DNA of 64,000 nucleotides from Nymphaea colorata (Eukaryota), in contig NC_045138.2 in assembly GCF_008831285.2 (NCBI RefSeq), forward strand, positions 7,688,001 through 7,752,000, read 5' to 3'. The notes beneath the pieces are model-generated. The model was given only the letters and a program-made list of their open reading frames with translations. It was not told where the DNA came from and did no database searches. Made by a program: the position numbers and the translations under genes. The stretch's first letter is position 1, and every line of letters begins with the position of its first letter. Below, one piece after another: positions 40,020 to 52,959 of this stretch.

Positions 40020-40380
40020 CCTGTAATGTTAGGCTTGGTGATGTCTTGATGCTATGGTTTGATGATTCTTATTAGGACCAAACAAGTAGCAGAAATCATT
40101 CAATTGTCATTAGAAATACAAAAGAAAGCTGTACCATTTTTGTGAAGTAAGAATCTCTCTCTCTCTCTTTACTATTAAATTTTATCTACCACTGTACCAT
40201 TATTGTACCATTATTGTGAAGTAAGAATCTCTCTTTTTCTTGTCTCCAAATTTTACTATATATTTCCATTTTATCGGCCCTCTTTACTATTAAAATTAAA
40301 TTTTATGTAGGAAGAGTGAGATGAGACCGTCCTTCCGCATATTTCATCTTACAATCGTTGCTTCTCTGCACTGGCAGAAA

Positions 40381-40484
40381 CGTCATGCACAATATACACA
40401 GAACAATTATACACAGACACCTGCAACCCCTGTTCAAGATCGTGTCTTATTCTTTTACACGTAGAGCCAAAGAGTTACACGCGT
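40381..40484 (+). promoter_or_regulatory. Seed/ABA-type cis-element cluster upstream of the SMP1-like gene
   Basis: RY-like catgca 40384-40389, ABRE-like acacgta 40457-40463 and CE3-like acacgcgt 40477-40484, all within 220 bp of the ATG. Confidence 0.55.
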
Positions 40485-40600
40485 TGGAGAGCTACACCTT
40501 GTTCCAGAAACGTCAGCTCCTCCACCTCCCGGTTTATTGCATTTAACGGACTCCTGGGAAGGGTATCTCTGAACCCAAAAAAAGAGGGAGAGTGAGAGAG

Positions 40601-40843
40601 ATGGCAAAGAGCAAGGAGGATTGGAAGTACGCGGCAGCTCAAGCCAAGGTCTCTGAGGACGAAGGCCTTCGCACAGGCTATGTGGCAGGGACGCCATTGG
40701 AGGCCGGTAAGATCGCCGACTCGGAGCCCGTCAATCTCTTCCCGACGGCCTCCCCTCAGAAGCCTGAGCAGGACCGAAGCCAGCAGCTCCACCAGCCGGG
40801 CCCTCACCATGAACAGCAACAGCACCCTTCCCAAACTTCTTAG
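40601..40843 (+). CDS. SMP1: Seed maturation protein 1-like (LEA-type) small hydrophilic protein, 80 aa, intronless
   Basis: MAKSKEDWKYAAAQAKVSEDE...GTPLEAGKIADSEPVNLF matches the recalled SMP1/PM28-type N-terminal motif. GC-rich ORF after a GA-rich leader. Confidence 0.85.
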   Translation: MAKSKEDWKYAAAQAKVSEDEGLRTGYVAGTPLEAGKIADSEPVNLFPTASPQKPEQDRSQQLHQPGPHHEQQQHPSQTS

Positions 40844-42949
40844 TCTTCAGAAAACCGATGAGGCATAATACTTCAGTACATCTGCCATTGATCTCATTTT
40901 TCTTTTTCTTTTCTTCTTTTACAGTTTGTAATGACGAGCTCAGCTAGTACTCCTTTGTGGGTTATGTGATCAGTGGGTACTTCTGTCAACTCTTTCATAA
41001 TTTTCTGCAAAATGGGTATGATTTCCAAGATGCTTGATTACGTGGGCACGCTGAAGAAGATCTCATGACTTGAGCTGCCAAATTAAAAATGCCGCTTAAA
41101 CCTGATCTCGACATTCTTTTGTTGGGAATGAACTCTTGGATTTGCTGTTGACGAGATTCATGACTTTTTGGGATTAGAAAATGTACGCAGAGCTTGCGCA
41201 GGTTAAAGGATGATGCATTATAAACGAATGATTCAATGGTGAATTCTATTAAGCAAACGACTTAGATCGCTTTCACGACCGAATTTCAAGATCGATGCTG
41301 AAAATTGAATTGAAACCATCGCAAACCAAAATAGAACGTACCCTTGAGCCACTAAAGCGATGCAGGACAATCGTAGTTACTGCGTGATGTTAGTTGTGAC
41401 TAAAGACTGATGGAGTGCAGCAGAAGGCGTCTCAACTCTGTTCTTTAAGAAATTGTAGAAAGTATCATACAATCTGTTCGACAAAATTGGTTTGGGAAGA
41501 GAATCCGCAGAGCTGCAAATCTGGTTCGAGAATCGAATTGAAAGAGCTGTTGATTCTGTAAATCTGCGGAACAAGTTGAGTTGGCAGAAAGATATTAGAA
41601 GAACAATATTTTGTAGAGTAAATCGCAAAAGCTAATGATTTTTTTTTTCATTTATGAAAAACTGAGAAGAATGATGTACATAGAGTTTCTCAGTCCCCGA
41701 GTCGAAGAACAATTTTATAGGAATGACCTCTTTTCAGAAGGCGAAATTGTGAATATTTTTAAGAACAACTCCAGGATTCACGGTTTCATGTCCAAATCAC
41801 TCGCCATTCTTCAAATATAGACAAAACTAACACAAGGCAAACGTACGAGAAAGCACATAAATTTACGTGCTTGTTTGAACAAGAAAGCTAATATACAAAA
41901 GGCCACAAAGTAAAAGAAGGAAAGACCGAAAGAGGTTTGGGAAAAATTTGCATAAAAAGAACACAATAAAAGAGTGTGGTTCGGAGAAAATCTTTCCAGC
42001 TTTTTCTTTGTCTTTTTGGGTTCTTTTTTTACAGTTTGTAATGACGAGCTCAGCTAGTACTCCTTTGTGGGTTATGTGATCATTATTGTGAAGTAAGAAA
42101 ATCTTTCCAGCTTTTTCTTTGTCTTTTTGAGAATAAAATACGCCAGGTCTAGTCGATTTTGCTTTATACTATCCCCCCAATAAATTTGTGGAAATTCAAA
42201 AAGCGTGTCATAAAAAGAAGCTCCTCTTGATACTGGCACGGATCCTTCAGCTGTCCAGAGACTAGTACTTAACACAGCCCAGTAGTTCAAGCGTGGTGTT
42301 GTCAGTTTTAACAGTCAAAAATATATAATTTTTATATATTAAATAGTTTTTAAATAAAAACACATATAATTTTTTTTTTCTTTTTTGAAAATTTAAGGGC
42401 CGGCCCTACTTGGCTCCGCTGATCAGAACTTGGACGTAAAGAAATAACATCCAGTGTTTGAAGAGTTTAACACATTTTGGAAGTCGATCTTTAACTTATC
42501 GTAATGCATACGGTTCGGAAATTTAAAAATTAAGTTTAGATATGACATAAATATTTCTTCATCCATATTTAAATACTTAACCCAAGTATGAGAACAGCTA
42601 ACAAATTTGACATGGTAATATTTCATTTGAATCAAATAATAGTATGTGAACATCTGACAAATTAGGCATATGGTAATATTTCATTTGAATCAAATAATAG
42701 TAAATGGTATATCTGATTCGAATCCTAGACATTGGCATTCCCTTTATAGAGACTAGACATGGTGGGAGGCAGAAAGGCCCGAGTTAGTTTCTTTAGGTTT
42801 TATGGTAGTTTACCACCGAATCAATGAGCTAATGAAGGCAATTGCCAATACTAATAAAAGTGTCAATAACTGGTTGCCCCTTAAAAGTTTTAATTGAAGT
42901 ATTAGTGCCTTTTAATAATTTTCTTTTGGTTCTGCCACTACATTAGTGC

Positions 42950-42952
<3 letters not shown>

Positions 42953-43031
<79 letters not shown>
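42953..43031. repeat. (TA)n microsatellite
   Basis: Direct reading of about 78 bp of alternating TA. Confidence 0.95.
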
Positions 43032-43033
<2 letters not shown>

Positions 43034-43491
43034 TTCTGCATGAAACATGTGGGACGTCACACAATAAGACCTGTCCCTTCTTTAGATTCCTGCCTAATAT
43101 CAGATCATCTTCATTTATGGCATTCCATTTGTGACGGTTAAACGTTTTAACCACCTAAACCATGCGTTAGTGTCAGGCACTTGGCGTCAGATGATTGAGG
43201 CGTTTTACCATTATAGGTAGGTGTTTATTACTTAGATTGAATTATCAAGGTGTTAACTGTTTTGGATCTTATTTGCGTTCATGATCCTCAGATTTTTGAG
43301 ATCTGTACATAATATCAGATCTTCCTTCTCTAATCTTGGACAAATTTTCTAATTAATGGTAAAAATTGTCTATTTTTATATGGATATCTCATGTTCTACT
43401 TGAAATTTGATCAGCTAGGACTTTGGTATAAACTCCTTTCTGCATGATAATTATAACTTGCATATTATAAATGTAAGAAGTGTAGTGTTAA

Positions 43492-43531
<40 letters not shown>

Positions 43532-43544
43532 GTTCACATAAATG

Positions 43545-45300
43545 GCACACTTCTATGAATCTGACTAGTAAAACAGAAAAAGTAGAAGTACTGCATCTCA
43601 TAAGGTCAGTCCTGACTGCCTTACCTTCAAATTGGATTATGGCTCAAAAATGTCCTGCGAGGATTACTAAAATTTTAGAAGATTTGTTTGGCAAATTTAT
43701 GTGGGAGAGACGGGGAGGGATCTCGCAATTAGGCCCATCTTATTTCTTGGAAAACTTTGTCAACCCCTTTTGAAGAATGAGCGGTGACTCTCAGGAAAAT
43801 TCAGGATTCTAATCCTGCCTATGTATGTGTCCTCGGATGCAAGATTTTAACTGAATCGGGCTATTGGGCGATCAGTCGTAGACGCACAGTGCCTGGGAGG
43901 GCAAATTTGGAAGTAATGTCTCCACTTAGTTCGAGTCAAGCTGAGTGGGCTCAAACCCAGCTTGAGTGCTGTAAGCCACAGCTCGGGTTCGGCTCCAGCT
44001 TGAGTTCATGGTGAGTTCGACTTATCAGCTTCAGCTCAAGGTGAGCTCGAGTTATCAGCTTGAGCTCAGATCAGCTAGAGCTGAAGAAGCTCGAGTCGTC
44101 TCAGTTAAGATCGAGCCAAGCTTCAGTTGGCCCAGCTCGAGCTCGAGCTCGACTCGAGCTGGTTGTTAAAAAGTATTTTTAGTATTAGTGGAGACGCTCG
44201 CCATAAAGGAAGCCCATTAGGGCAAGTCTTCATCCATGATAGCATTGTGCAGTATATTGTACATATATTTGTAATATATATTTTTCTATGAAACTAATCG
44301 AGTTTAACCTATCTGAGTGTGCCCAGCTTGAGCTAGACTCATTAAAACAAGCAAGTTCATTTCTTAACTTGAACTCAATTTATTAATGAGTCAAGCTCAA
44401 GTCGAGTTTAGTTGGGCGAGTGCGAGTCGGATTGACTCATTGAACATCCCTACTGGTATGGGAAATGCCTTGATTAATGAAATCCCTGGCGAAAAGTTAC
44501 ATTTAAGTGAAGCTGATATTGGATTATCAGTTAGTGAAGGTATTGCTAAATATAAGGATAATCTAGAGTTTTACAATCAGTTGGTGGGTGTACAGGAAAT
44601 ATGCATATATCAACTAGATCAAGGCAATGTTAGATTGATATGGAAATCTGATGGGTGAATCGTGTTACGGCAGAAACTTTGAGCAGTGGCCAGCCGGAGC
44701 AGTAAACTTTGGGACTCTCTCACAGTTCCAGGGGCATGTTGGTTCTCCTACAATGGGAGTTTTAATAGGTTTCCAACTAAAGTTAGATCTCAACGTTTTG
44801 GTATCGCTCTTGCGTCTAGATGTGCTTTCTGCAGGAAAGGCATTGAGAGTCCGCAGCATCTTTGGTTTACATCTTCTTTTGCTGCAGATATCTAGATTTA
44901 CGTAACCAACTGGTTTTCTGGTTATGGAGCTCCCTTTGGTGATTTCTGTTCAGAGTTTGTGAGGTGGCACATGAGAAAGCTCCAAGCCAAAGAATTTAAA
45001 AGGTCCTGGACTACCCTTTTGTTTTAACATTGTTATATGGAAGATATGTGTTTTTCTTAATTAAGATGTTCACAATGTGGTAATCAGGTCTCTTAAATCT
45101 GCTAAATCTGAAATTTGGCGCTGCTATTCTGAGATTATTCTTAAACAAGAGCGGCCTAATAACATGAGAAGACCTATTCATTGTCTCGTATCCCTGCAGT
45201 TTTGGGTGAAGAGATTTTCTCATATATCTGTTAGTTAATATTGTGCATCTATCAGTCTTCAACGACTGCTTCTCCTAGCTGATCATTGCTCGGGTGGCTT
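43545..45300 (+). mobile_element. Decayed L1-type LINE 3' fragment, interrupted by a MITE
   Basis: LIRSVLTALPSNW...KILEDLFGKFMW (post-RT region) and FPTKVRSQRFGIALASRCAFCRKGIESPQHLWF (zf-RVT), with many stops and frameshifts. Confidence 0.75.
43893..44452. mobile_element. gagctcgag-rich hAT-type MITE inside the LINE
   Basis: Dense (c)gagctc subterminal motifs and right end ...gaacatcccta. No clean TSD found. A related remnant lies at about 61800-61945. Confidence 0.55.
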
Positions 45301-46783
45301 CTGGCTGTGACCCTTGATGTATTTTGTTGATCCCTCTGTTGTTTTTCTTCTTCTTATGCAATTCTTTTCATTCTTTTGTGCTTTTGATAAAGATCGAGGT
45401 GACCCCCCAGCTTGCTTTGCAGCGAAAAGAAAAGGATATTGTGAATAGTTCTCCAGCGTATAGTAGTTGTTATATCTCAGCGGCAGATAATAACTAAAAC
45501 CAATTACCAACAGATTTATCTGACATTTAATGCCAAATCAAAGACTGAGAACAGAATAGTTGGAATATCTTAGGAGTACATGATTGAATGTCTTGAGAAA
45601 CTCACAATAAAGGTTGTTAATTTGCAAATTGAGCGGGAGGGAACCCCACTGCCTGGGTGAAAAGCTGAAGCCCCAACCTTTTCCTTGCCCTTGAGGTCCA
45701 AAGCTACGTCGGGACCAAGAGTAACAATAATGCATTAAAATAAACTGCACATAATGCTCCTTAAGATCCAAAAGCTGTGTGAAAAGCTACTGAGATAGGT
45801 CACTTATAAGAACTAAAACCTGGAAAAGTTGTTAATCTGATCCTTTCATAAAAATAATTTCATATTTTTTTTAGAAAACACACCTAACCGATTGGCAAAA
45901 ATAAAAAGCATGCCTAAGTTCTTCTATAGTTAATAAAAGGATTCATAAGCCTATGGTCGAGAATTAGCTATTTGGCATGCGTGTATCTGTTGCAGAATCT
46001 GGTGCAAATCTGCCTAACAAAATGTCAGCTAATAAAAGATGATGTCCGATGAAAAAGACACTTAGCCAATGAACTATATTTTTGTGTACCCAATGATCTT
46101 AATGATGAAAACTGCATGGAAGCAATTTGGTAGAACAACCTTGTGGCATGAATGCATTTATTCCTAGAAGAAAGTCATCACTGCCATATTGCTTTGAACT
46201 GACCAAAAACAGAATTAAATCATACATCATGGTTGGTGCATCTAGCTCATGTAATTTTGGTACATCTCACCAACACAACCTAACAAATCCACACCCAACA
46301 TCTGCCTCTAACTTAAAATTCATTTACTGTCATAGAACTTGAAAACATTGTTTAGAGATTTAGGGAAAATTGGAGACCCAAATTGGTCTTTTAACTGACG
46401 CCTGCGCTTTTCATTTTCCTGTCATCATTGAAACTTTAACTGATGCTTCTAGTCCCTTTAGGGTATTTTGTAATAGTAATAAGTTATCACTGTTCCATGA
46501 ATTTACCTTAAAATTAAGATAGATATATGGAAGACTACGCCTAGGCATCAGACTGGCCCGTTCCGATAACGAGTCGGGCCTGGCCGGCCCAACATCCAAA
46601 ACACGGGGTTGGATAGAAAACCTTAGAGCTGCTACTTCATTCTTCTTCTTCATTCAGGTGAGCGGGGTTGCCCACCCCCCAGTAGAAGATTAAATCCCTC
46701 ACCCAACCCTTTATCCCCCTAGGGCACAAGTCCCCGGTGCCTTGAGTGTCACCTCTGCCCTTCGTTCTTCTTCATCATCATCA

Positions 46784-47193
46784 GTTTTCAGCTCAACTGC
46801 ATGGAATCTTCTCCTTAAGTGCTAGTTATAGCCATCTTTATTACCCAACTGGTATTTATTTTTCCTTTCTTGCTTTTTCTAAATTCTTATGTGTTGAACA
46901 TAGCAATTTTGAGATTGGCTCTCCAAACATTAAAGTCTAGGCAGTCTTCTATCTCCTTGGCCTACTTTTCAGCTCAACTACATGGAATCTTCTCCTTAAA
47001 GTGCTAGTTATTATCCATTACTTCCTACTAAAGCAATTACTTGCTTGTAGTTTGTGGCTATCTTTATTATCCAACTGGCTTTTTTGTCCTCTCTTGCTTT
47101 TCCTAAATTCTAATGTGTTTAACATAGCAATTGTGATATAATTGGCTCTCCATACATTAAAAACTAGGAGAACTTCTATCTCCTTGGTCTACT
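46784..47193. repeat. Tandem duplication of a ~180-bp unit (second copy has a ~45-50-bp insert)
   Basis: ttttcagctcaact.catggaatcttctcctta...ctatctccttgg.ctactt occurs twice head-to-tail. Confidence 0.8.
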
Positions 47194-47842
47194 TTGGCTT
47201 GTTTGCTTCTAGCTTTGGTTGTGCATTACTTTAATCAATGATGTGTTGATTGTGCATTATTTTTATGGATGATGAGATGTCGATTAACTCTCGGCTTAAA
47301 AATATGAAATTAATGTACTAGTCAATATTAATTCCTCTTATTATCTTAAACTTGAAATTAGTTACAACTTTTTTATTATTTGGCAACCAAGTATTGGATA
47401 TATTATCACACCTTTAATTCTCTCATCCATAAATAATTTTTCATCTTTAGTAAAACTGATCAAAGCGGTCGAAAGATTTTCTTTAATTCAAGAAAAGACT
47501 AACAAAAGTAGTTCAATTCTTGGTTTGTGAAATTATTCTTGCGAGAATGATGCATTGTTTAATTTTTATGAGGATATGAACAGCCAAAGCCCAGGGATGG
47601 ACATAAAAATTGGATTAAAATCAACTGTCCAAAGAAAGTTAAAGGATGAGTAAAAAAAGAAAAAAAAAAGCTAGTGTGATGAGATATAGTGTCCTATTTA
47701 CACAGTGAATGTTCACTAAAAACTATATAGATTAGGGTTCAGGAGTGGTGATAATGGGATTGAGCCAACTCTTAATGGTGTTGATCACTCACTAATACAT
47801 CATTAGTTATCTAACGGTGGCAAAACCAGAACATTGTGACTA

Positions 47843-48010
47843 GGGGCTGTTTGGCATCAATATAACATATTTTTACCGTGAAGTGAATGTACCCCGAAAA
47901 ATTGAACAATTCATAGAACACTTTTTAAAGAATTCAACGAATCTTAACCAATTCTTAGGTTAGGTGGTGCGTGGAACACTAACATAAATGTTACTGCTCC
48001 TAAACGGCCC
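47843..48010. mobile_element. Tourist-like MITE
   Basis: ggggctgtttgg...ctaaacggccc imperfect TIRs, flanked by cta and tta. Confidence 0.55.
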
Positions 48011-48683
48011 TTAAGGAGCACTAATATAAGAAATCTTATTAGTAAGGTGTATCAATGTGTAATAAGTTAAATTCTAGGTATAAACATATATATGTGGATA
48101 AAATAATTCATGTGGGTTGATCTGTGCATGCAATGGTCCACACAAGTAGTTATGATCCTTCGCCAATGTCACCTAATTTTTAGAAAGCAGCTTGTGATTA
48201 ACTTAACTTGAAATCAATGGGAAGGTAGAACCAGGTTATTTTCGATAGCATAAATCTGGAATAGGGCTCAGTTCTGTTGCTTCTTAACTTCAATTCATTC
48301 TTTGTAGATTCAATGTGGAGTCAATATTGCACCACTGGATATGTCCTTTCTTCTATAGGCACTGCCATTGATGAATTCTACGGCTTTGTTGTTTAGGATA
48401 CTATAGCCTAGCAATATCGATTTCCAAAGTTTTGTAACAATTGCTATCATTAATCAAATAGGATAGGATGCTTTATCCCCAATTATCTACCCTAAGATGA
48501 ATTCTCTTTCCCTTTCTCACTCAATATTTCACACTACACCAAAAACATATTTTTGCTATGACATGTGCCTAGGACATCAACCATTGCAAATGTTATGGAC
48601 AGAAAGTTCACATGGAATATTTTATTTTATTTTCCATGTTCACAAGAAGAAGGGTGGGAGGAACTTGGGAAGAGGGTTAAAGT

Positions 48684-48913
48684 CAGGGGTGGAGCCAAAA
48701 AATTCTTGCTAAAGGGGCACTAGGTATAAAATTTTAAACTTAAAATGAGAAAAATTGCACAGGAGTATCAATATAAAAATAAGAATTTTTTTTATAAAAT
48801 TTTAAACTTAAAATGAGAAAAATTGCACAGGAGTATCAATATAAAAATAAGAATTTTTTTGGGAACCATGTGGGCAATTGCCCACACGCAATCTACACTT
48901 GCCTCTACCCCTG
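48684..48913. mobile_element. CAGGGG(C/T)GGAG-family MITE with an internal ~68-bp tandem duplication
   Basis: caggggtggag...ctctacccctg ends. The block tataaaattttaaacttaaaatgagaaaaattgcacaggagtatcaatataaaaataagaatttttt is present twice. A sister copy lies at about 49212-49378. Confidence 0.7.
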
Positions 48914-49734
48914 AAGCCAGTATAGCCACCAGTTCTCTTCCTTGCTCAGCAACAACATTGTCTCTGGGCTCAAATACACCAACACTATGTGAAGAACTGG
49001 TGTTAAGGTTAACTCGGGATTTAATTAACATGCTTTTGGCCAATCATCAAGGGATGTCTTTGATGTTCATGTAGTATTGGTTCCACGTCAGTTTATGTCC
49101 TAATTAACAGCACTTTGGTGATCATATTTACAAGATGTTTTCATACTTAACAATCCATTTCTTATGTAACGCATAAATTCTTTCACTATTTTTTGAATGG
49201 CCAATGGTTGACAGGGGTGGAGCCAGAAAATTCTGGCTAAAGGGAACTAGGTATAAAATTTTAAATTTTTAAGACACATCAGTATATAAATAAAAAAAAA
49301 ATTCTGCAGAAATATCAATATAAAAATAAAAAGTTTTTTGGGGTCTGTGTAAAACATAGCCCACACCTACCTCCACCTCATTTCACAGAAAGATAGAGAA
49401 GCTGCTAGTTTTAGAGTGACCCCATTGAAAGGTCCAACTGATCACTTCTGCTGCACGGGTCATTTGAAGAGTTATTGATGTTAGAAAACAAAAGATCGTG
49501 ATCCCTATCGATCTAAGCAACAAAAATACATGCACCATAAAAAGGGTGGCCTATAAATATTTTCAGATGCAGGACTCTGTCGTCCTGCTGTACATATTGC
49601 CAACTAGCATTTTCTATAGTACTGATTTCGGCTCGATCGACCTTATGAGGAGTTGCATCAAGAACTCGAGGGTGACTATTCACCACTCATGGTTATTTCT
49701 TTACCAAAAAATAAACAAGGCAAAGGGACATATG

Positions 49735-50090
49735 TAGGGATGTCAATATATCTTATTTAAATAGGATCGGATTCAGATTTAATAAATGGCATTCATTCGG
49801 ATTTGGCTGCGGATATATATAAATATCTGATCGGATTCAGATATAGATTCCTACCACATTCATTTTTAGACAAATATCATGTATCTAATGTTATTAAATT
49901 TTGAAAATTGGCAAAATACAGTTCAAAATTCGGATCCAGATATAAATATAAAAACCATATTCAGATTGTAAAATCAGATTTCAGATTCGGATTTCGATAT
50001 GACTTTTCTTTATTCAAATTCGAATCCAAATATGTGAATATCCGAAAAAGTGGATATGATTGATTCAAATATGATCCATTGACATCCCTA
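49735..50090. mobile_element. hAT-type MITE, 356 bp
   Basis: Perfect 13-bp TIR tagggatgtcaat / attgacatcccta, perfect 8-bp TSD gacatatg, and internal (t)cggat/atccga motifs. Confidence 0.9.
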
Positions 50091-50274
50091 GACATATGCT
50101 ATCAAGACACAGTAATGAAGCAGGAGCTAGAGTTGCACCCATGCAAGAGGAAAAGCTAGTGCGTATCCTTGCTTTCAATGACAAAGAAGGTTTGGGACAT
50201 CTTGTTCTTTAGGTCTACTTGTTGGAAGCAGGAATGCACAATGCCTCTTCCTCCAGCACAATGCAACCTAGATG

Positions 50275-50468
50275 AAGGGATGGAGCTAGAAATTTTTCAT
50301 GAAGGTGGTTGAATTAAAGTTTTTAAATTTGATTAGCGCTCAAATATTAGTTTTCAAAATTTTTATATAGAACAAGTAAAATTTTCTAAAATTTACATGT
50401 AATTATTTATATTTTTTTTTTTAGGTGGGGCCAGGGCCCATGCAGGCCCTGCCTTACCCCCGCCCCTG
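50275..50468. mobile_element. CAGGGGCGG-family MITE
   Basis: aagggatggag...ccgcccctg ends. Flanks cctagatg / cctaaatc match 6 of 8. Confidence 0.6.
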
Positions 50469-52597
50469 CCTAAATCCTTCTTTTTTGCATTCTCCATGCT
50501 AGCACTGCCACTATGCTTTGTTCATTTTTTAGGAAACGACCATTACTTGACAGACACAGTTGGGCACGCAATAGTCGTGCTTGTGTTACTGTTGTGCCTC
50601 CAAGTTGATATCTAAAACAAGGCTGATCAATCTCCGATTGACGGCATAGAGGACAGGATGCTAGTTGGCAATCCCACGAAGGACGAAGCCAGAAATTTTT
50701 TTTCCATGGGGTACTAAGTATATGGTTAACAAATTTTTAATAGACAATAGAACAGTGACTTAGATCTCATAGAGCTACCTCATATAATTGGACTGAGTTC
50801 ACCCAAGTTTCAACACTATATTAAACTTTCAAGAGGAAACTTGCACACAAAGTCATTAAACAAGGATATCAAAGTCTAGGGAAAACATAGAAGAAGAAGA
50901 AAAGAATAGAAACACCAATTGAGAACATATAAAAAAATTGGCTCTTCTTGACATTCAGAATAACTTATTAAAATGAGAAGGAGAAACCCTTGAATTGTGT
51001 AAGAGAGAACTCCATGCTTGTATTCTACAGCAAAAGCACCGACTCAACATGGTTAACTATAGATTAAATAGTACTAAAGTAAAATGGTAGCAAATGAGGC
51101 AATTAAATATTTGAAAAAATCCAAACTTTGTATGCCTTACTTTTTGGCAAAACAATTGCCTATAATAAAGTCAATTTATTTTTTGTATTTTGTGTGAAGA
51201 AAGTATGCATTTAAATAAAACGAGTGATAGGTAGGAGGAGATGACTTCATTTATCTATTTATCTTCATCGCCTTGTGAAGAAAAGAATAAGATGCTAATT
51301 ATACTCCTATTGATTGCCTAAATCTTTGAATCTTGCAGAATATGATCTTACAACCTATTTTGTTTAGCATTTTTTTTTCCCGGTTTCAAAAACATTGGCA
51401 TGAGGGTGGGCATCAGACTAGTCAAGGGCCTTGCACCTACCATCATCCCCATCTGCCGGCCGAGCTTTTGCAACTTGGCATACCCACGGCTGGCAGAGAG
51501 CTTCTTTGGAAAACAAGCTCTGCCTTCTAGACACCAACAATGTATCCATTTCAACCATTCTCTGCTATTAGAGATTAAAATAATCTTCTGCAGATCCATA
51601 ATATGCAACTCCTTTAATTTAACACGCGCTAGCTCAAGCTTTTCTTTCTTTGGGAGAGAATGACCAACCTTGAATCTTAGTCTTTTTGCGAGTAAATTTG
51701 ATTCAGAAACAAGTTTTAAATGTTCTCCTTAAACTACACATTGTTTTTATGTTTAACACACTATTATTAATAAAAGTTAACTTGTCAAATTAATAACGAA
51801 TCAAAGAGGCAGGGAGATAGTTATGTACATGAAGTTGTGTTGCTTGCTGAAGAGCTGCAGTGGAAGAAGGCGCATGTAGGGGGTGAGAGAAAGGAAGAGA
51901 GAGAGAGAGAGAGAGAGGCAAGAGAAGACATACCTGTGGAGACCTGATGATCTGCAGGAAGTAAGTAGACTTGCATTGCTGCAGAGAAGAGAGAAAGCTG
52001 CCACCTGAAATGCACGGACGAGAGCAGCAATAGTGGAGGTCGTAACTTCATCTCCAACAGGCTGAAAAATTATCCGCGGAAAAAAGTCAGGCCTCTGCAG
52101 GTCCGACTTTTGTCCATGGACAAAAATTCGCGTTTTAGGTCCATTGAGCAGAGATTTTTTTAACCGGATGATGGGTTCTTGAGAAAATTTAAAAACACAG
52201 ACAAATGTCTGTGCTCTACAGTAAAATTCCTTGCCATCAAGAAGGAAAGAATTTGAAATTGCCACAGGAGTGCAAGTCAACGCTGCAATGTCTAATTTTT
52301 TTGGTTTTGCAATGGAGAAACAGAAACTGCAAGTCAGATTATGTCAATGGAATTCTAGAATTTTATCTTATGCTGAAAAATTATGTCCCATTAAACCAAT
52401 CCTTGCTGCATTACCTTGTTCTTAGTTCATGGTTCTGAAATGTCTGGTTTCTGTTATTTAAGAAACTAGAAGACATTATGATTAAAATTCTTGTGGGGAG
52501 ACTTAGACATTTCTCGTAAGATGCATCTTATATTTGCTCAGGTGGTGTCCTGAAAGATGCAGTTGAGAAATATAAGACCAATGGGGATAGGTGGATT

Positions 52598-52868
52598 TAG
52601 GTCTGGGCATTGGCCCCACCAGATGTCTGAAACCCGAGCTCGGGCCCAGCTCGATGTTCGAAACCTGAGCCTCAGGATAGCCAAATAAACTATATATTAT
52701 TGTTAAATACAAAATAATATAAAAAATAAATCGGCCTGGCCTGATACATTATCGAGCTGACTCAGGCCTTCCCGATACATTATTAGGCCGACTTGAGCTG
52801 CTTTTTTCGAGCCCAAGCCAGAGGGTACCAGGTACCCATCGGGTACTCGGGCCCGATGGGCAGGGTTA
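52598..52868. mobile_element. hAT-type MITE (ggccc/cccga-rich)
   Basis: Perfect 8-bp TSD ggtggatt at 52590-52597 and 52869-52876. Imperfect TIRs taggtctgggcat / atgggcagggtta. Confidence 0.7.
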
Positions 52869-52959
52869 GGTGGATTCATTTTTGCAATATTATTAATGGC
52901 AGAAGAAGATGTTTTATGTTAGAGGCATAATCGAACTCAAATTGAAGACAGACATCAGA

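Noticed and set aside
42912..43154. YIYI-repeat ORFs (also at 7769, 9061, 9144 and 62949)
   Set aside because: Translations of (TA)n and (GA)n microsatellites.
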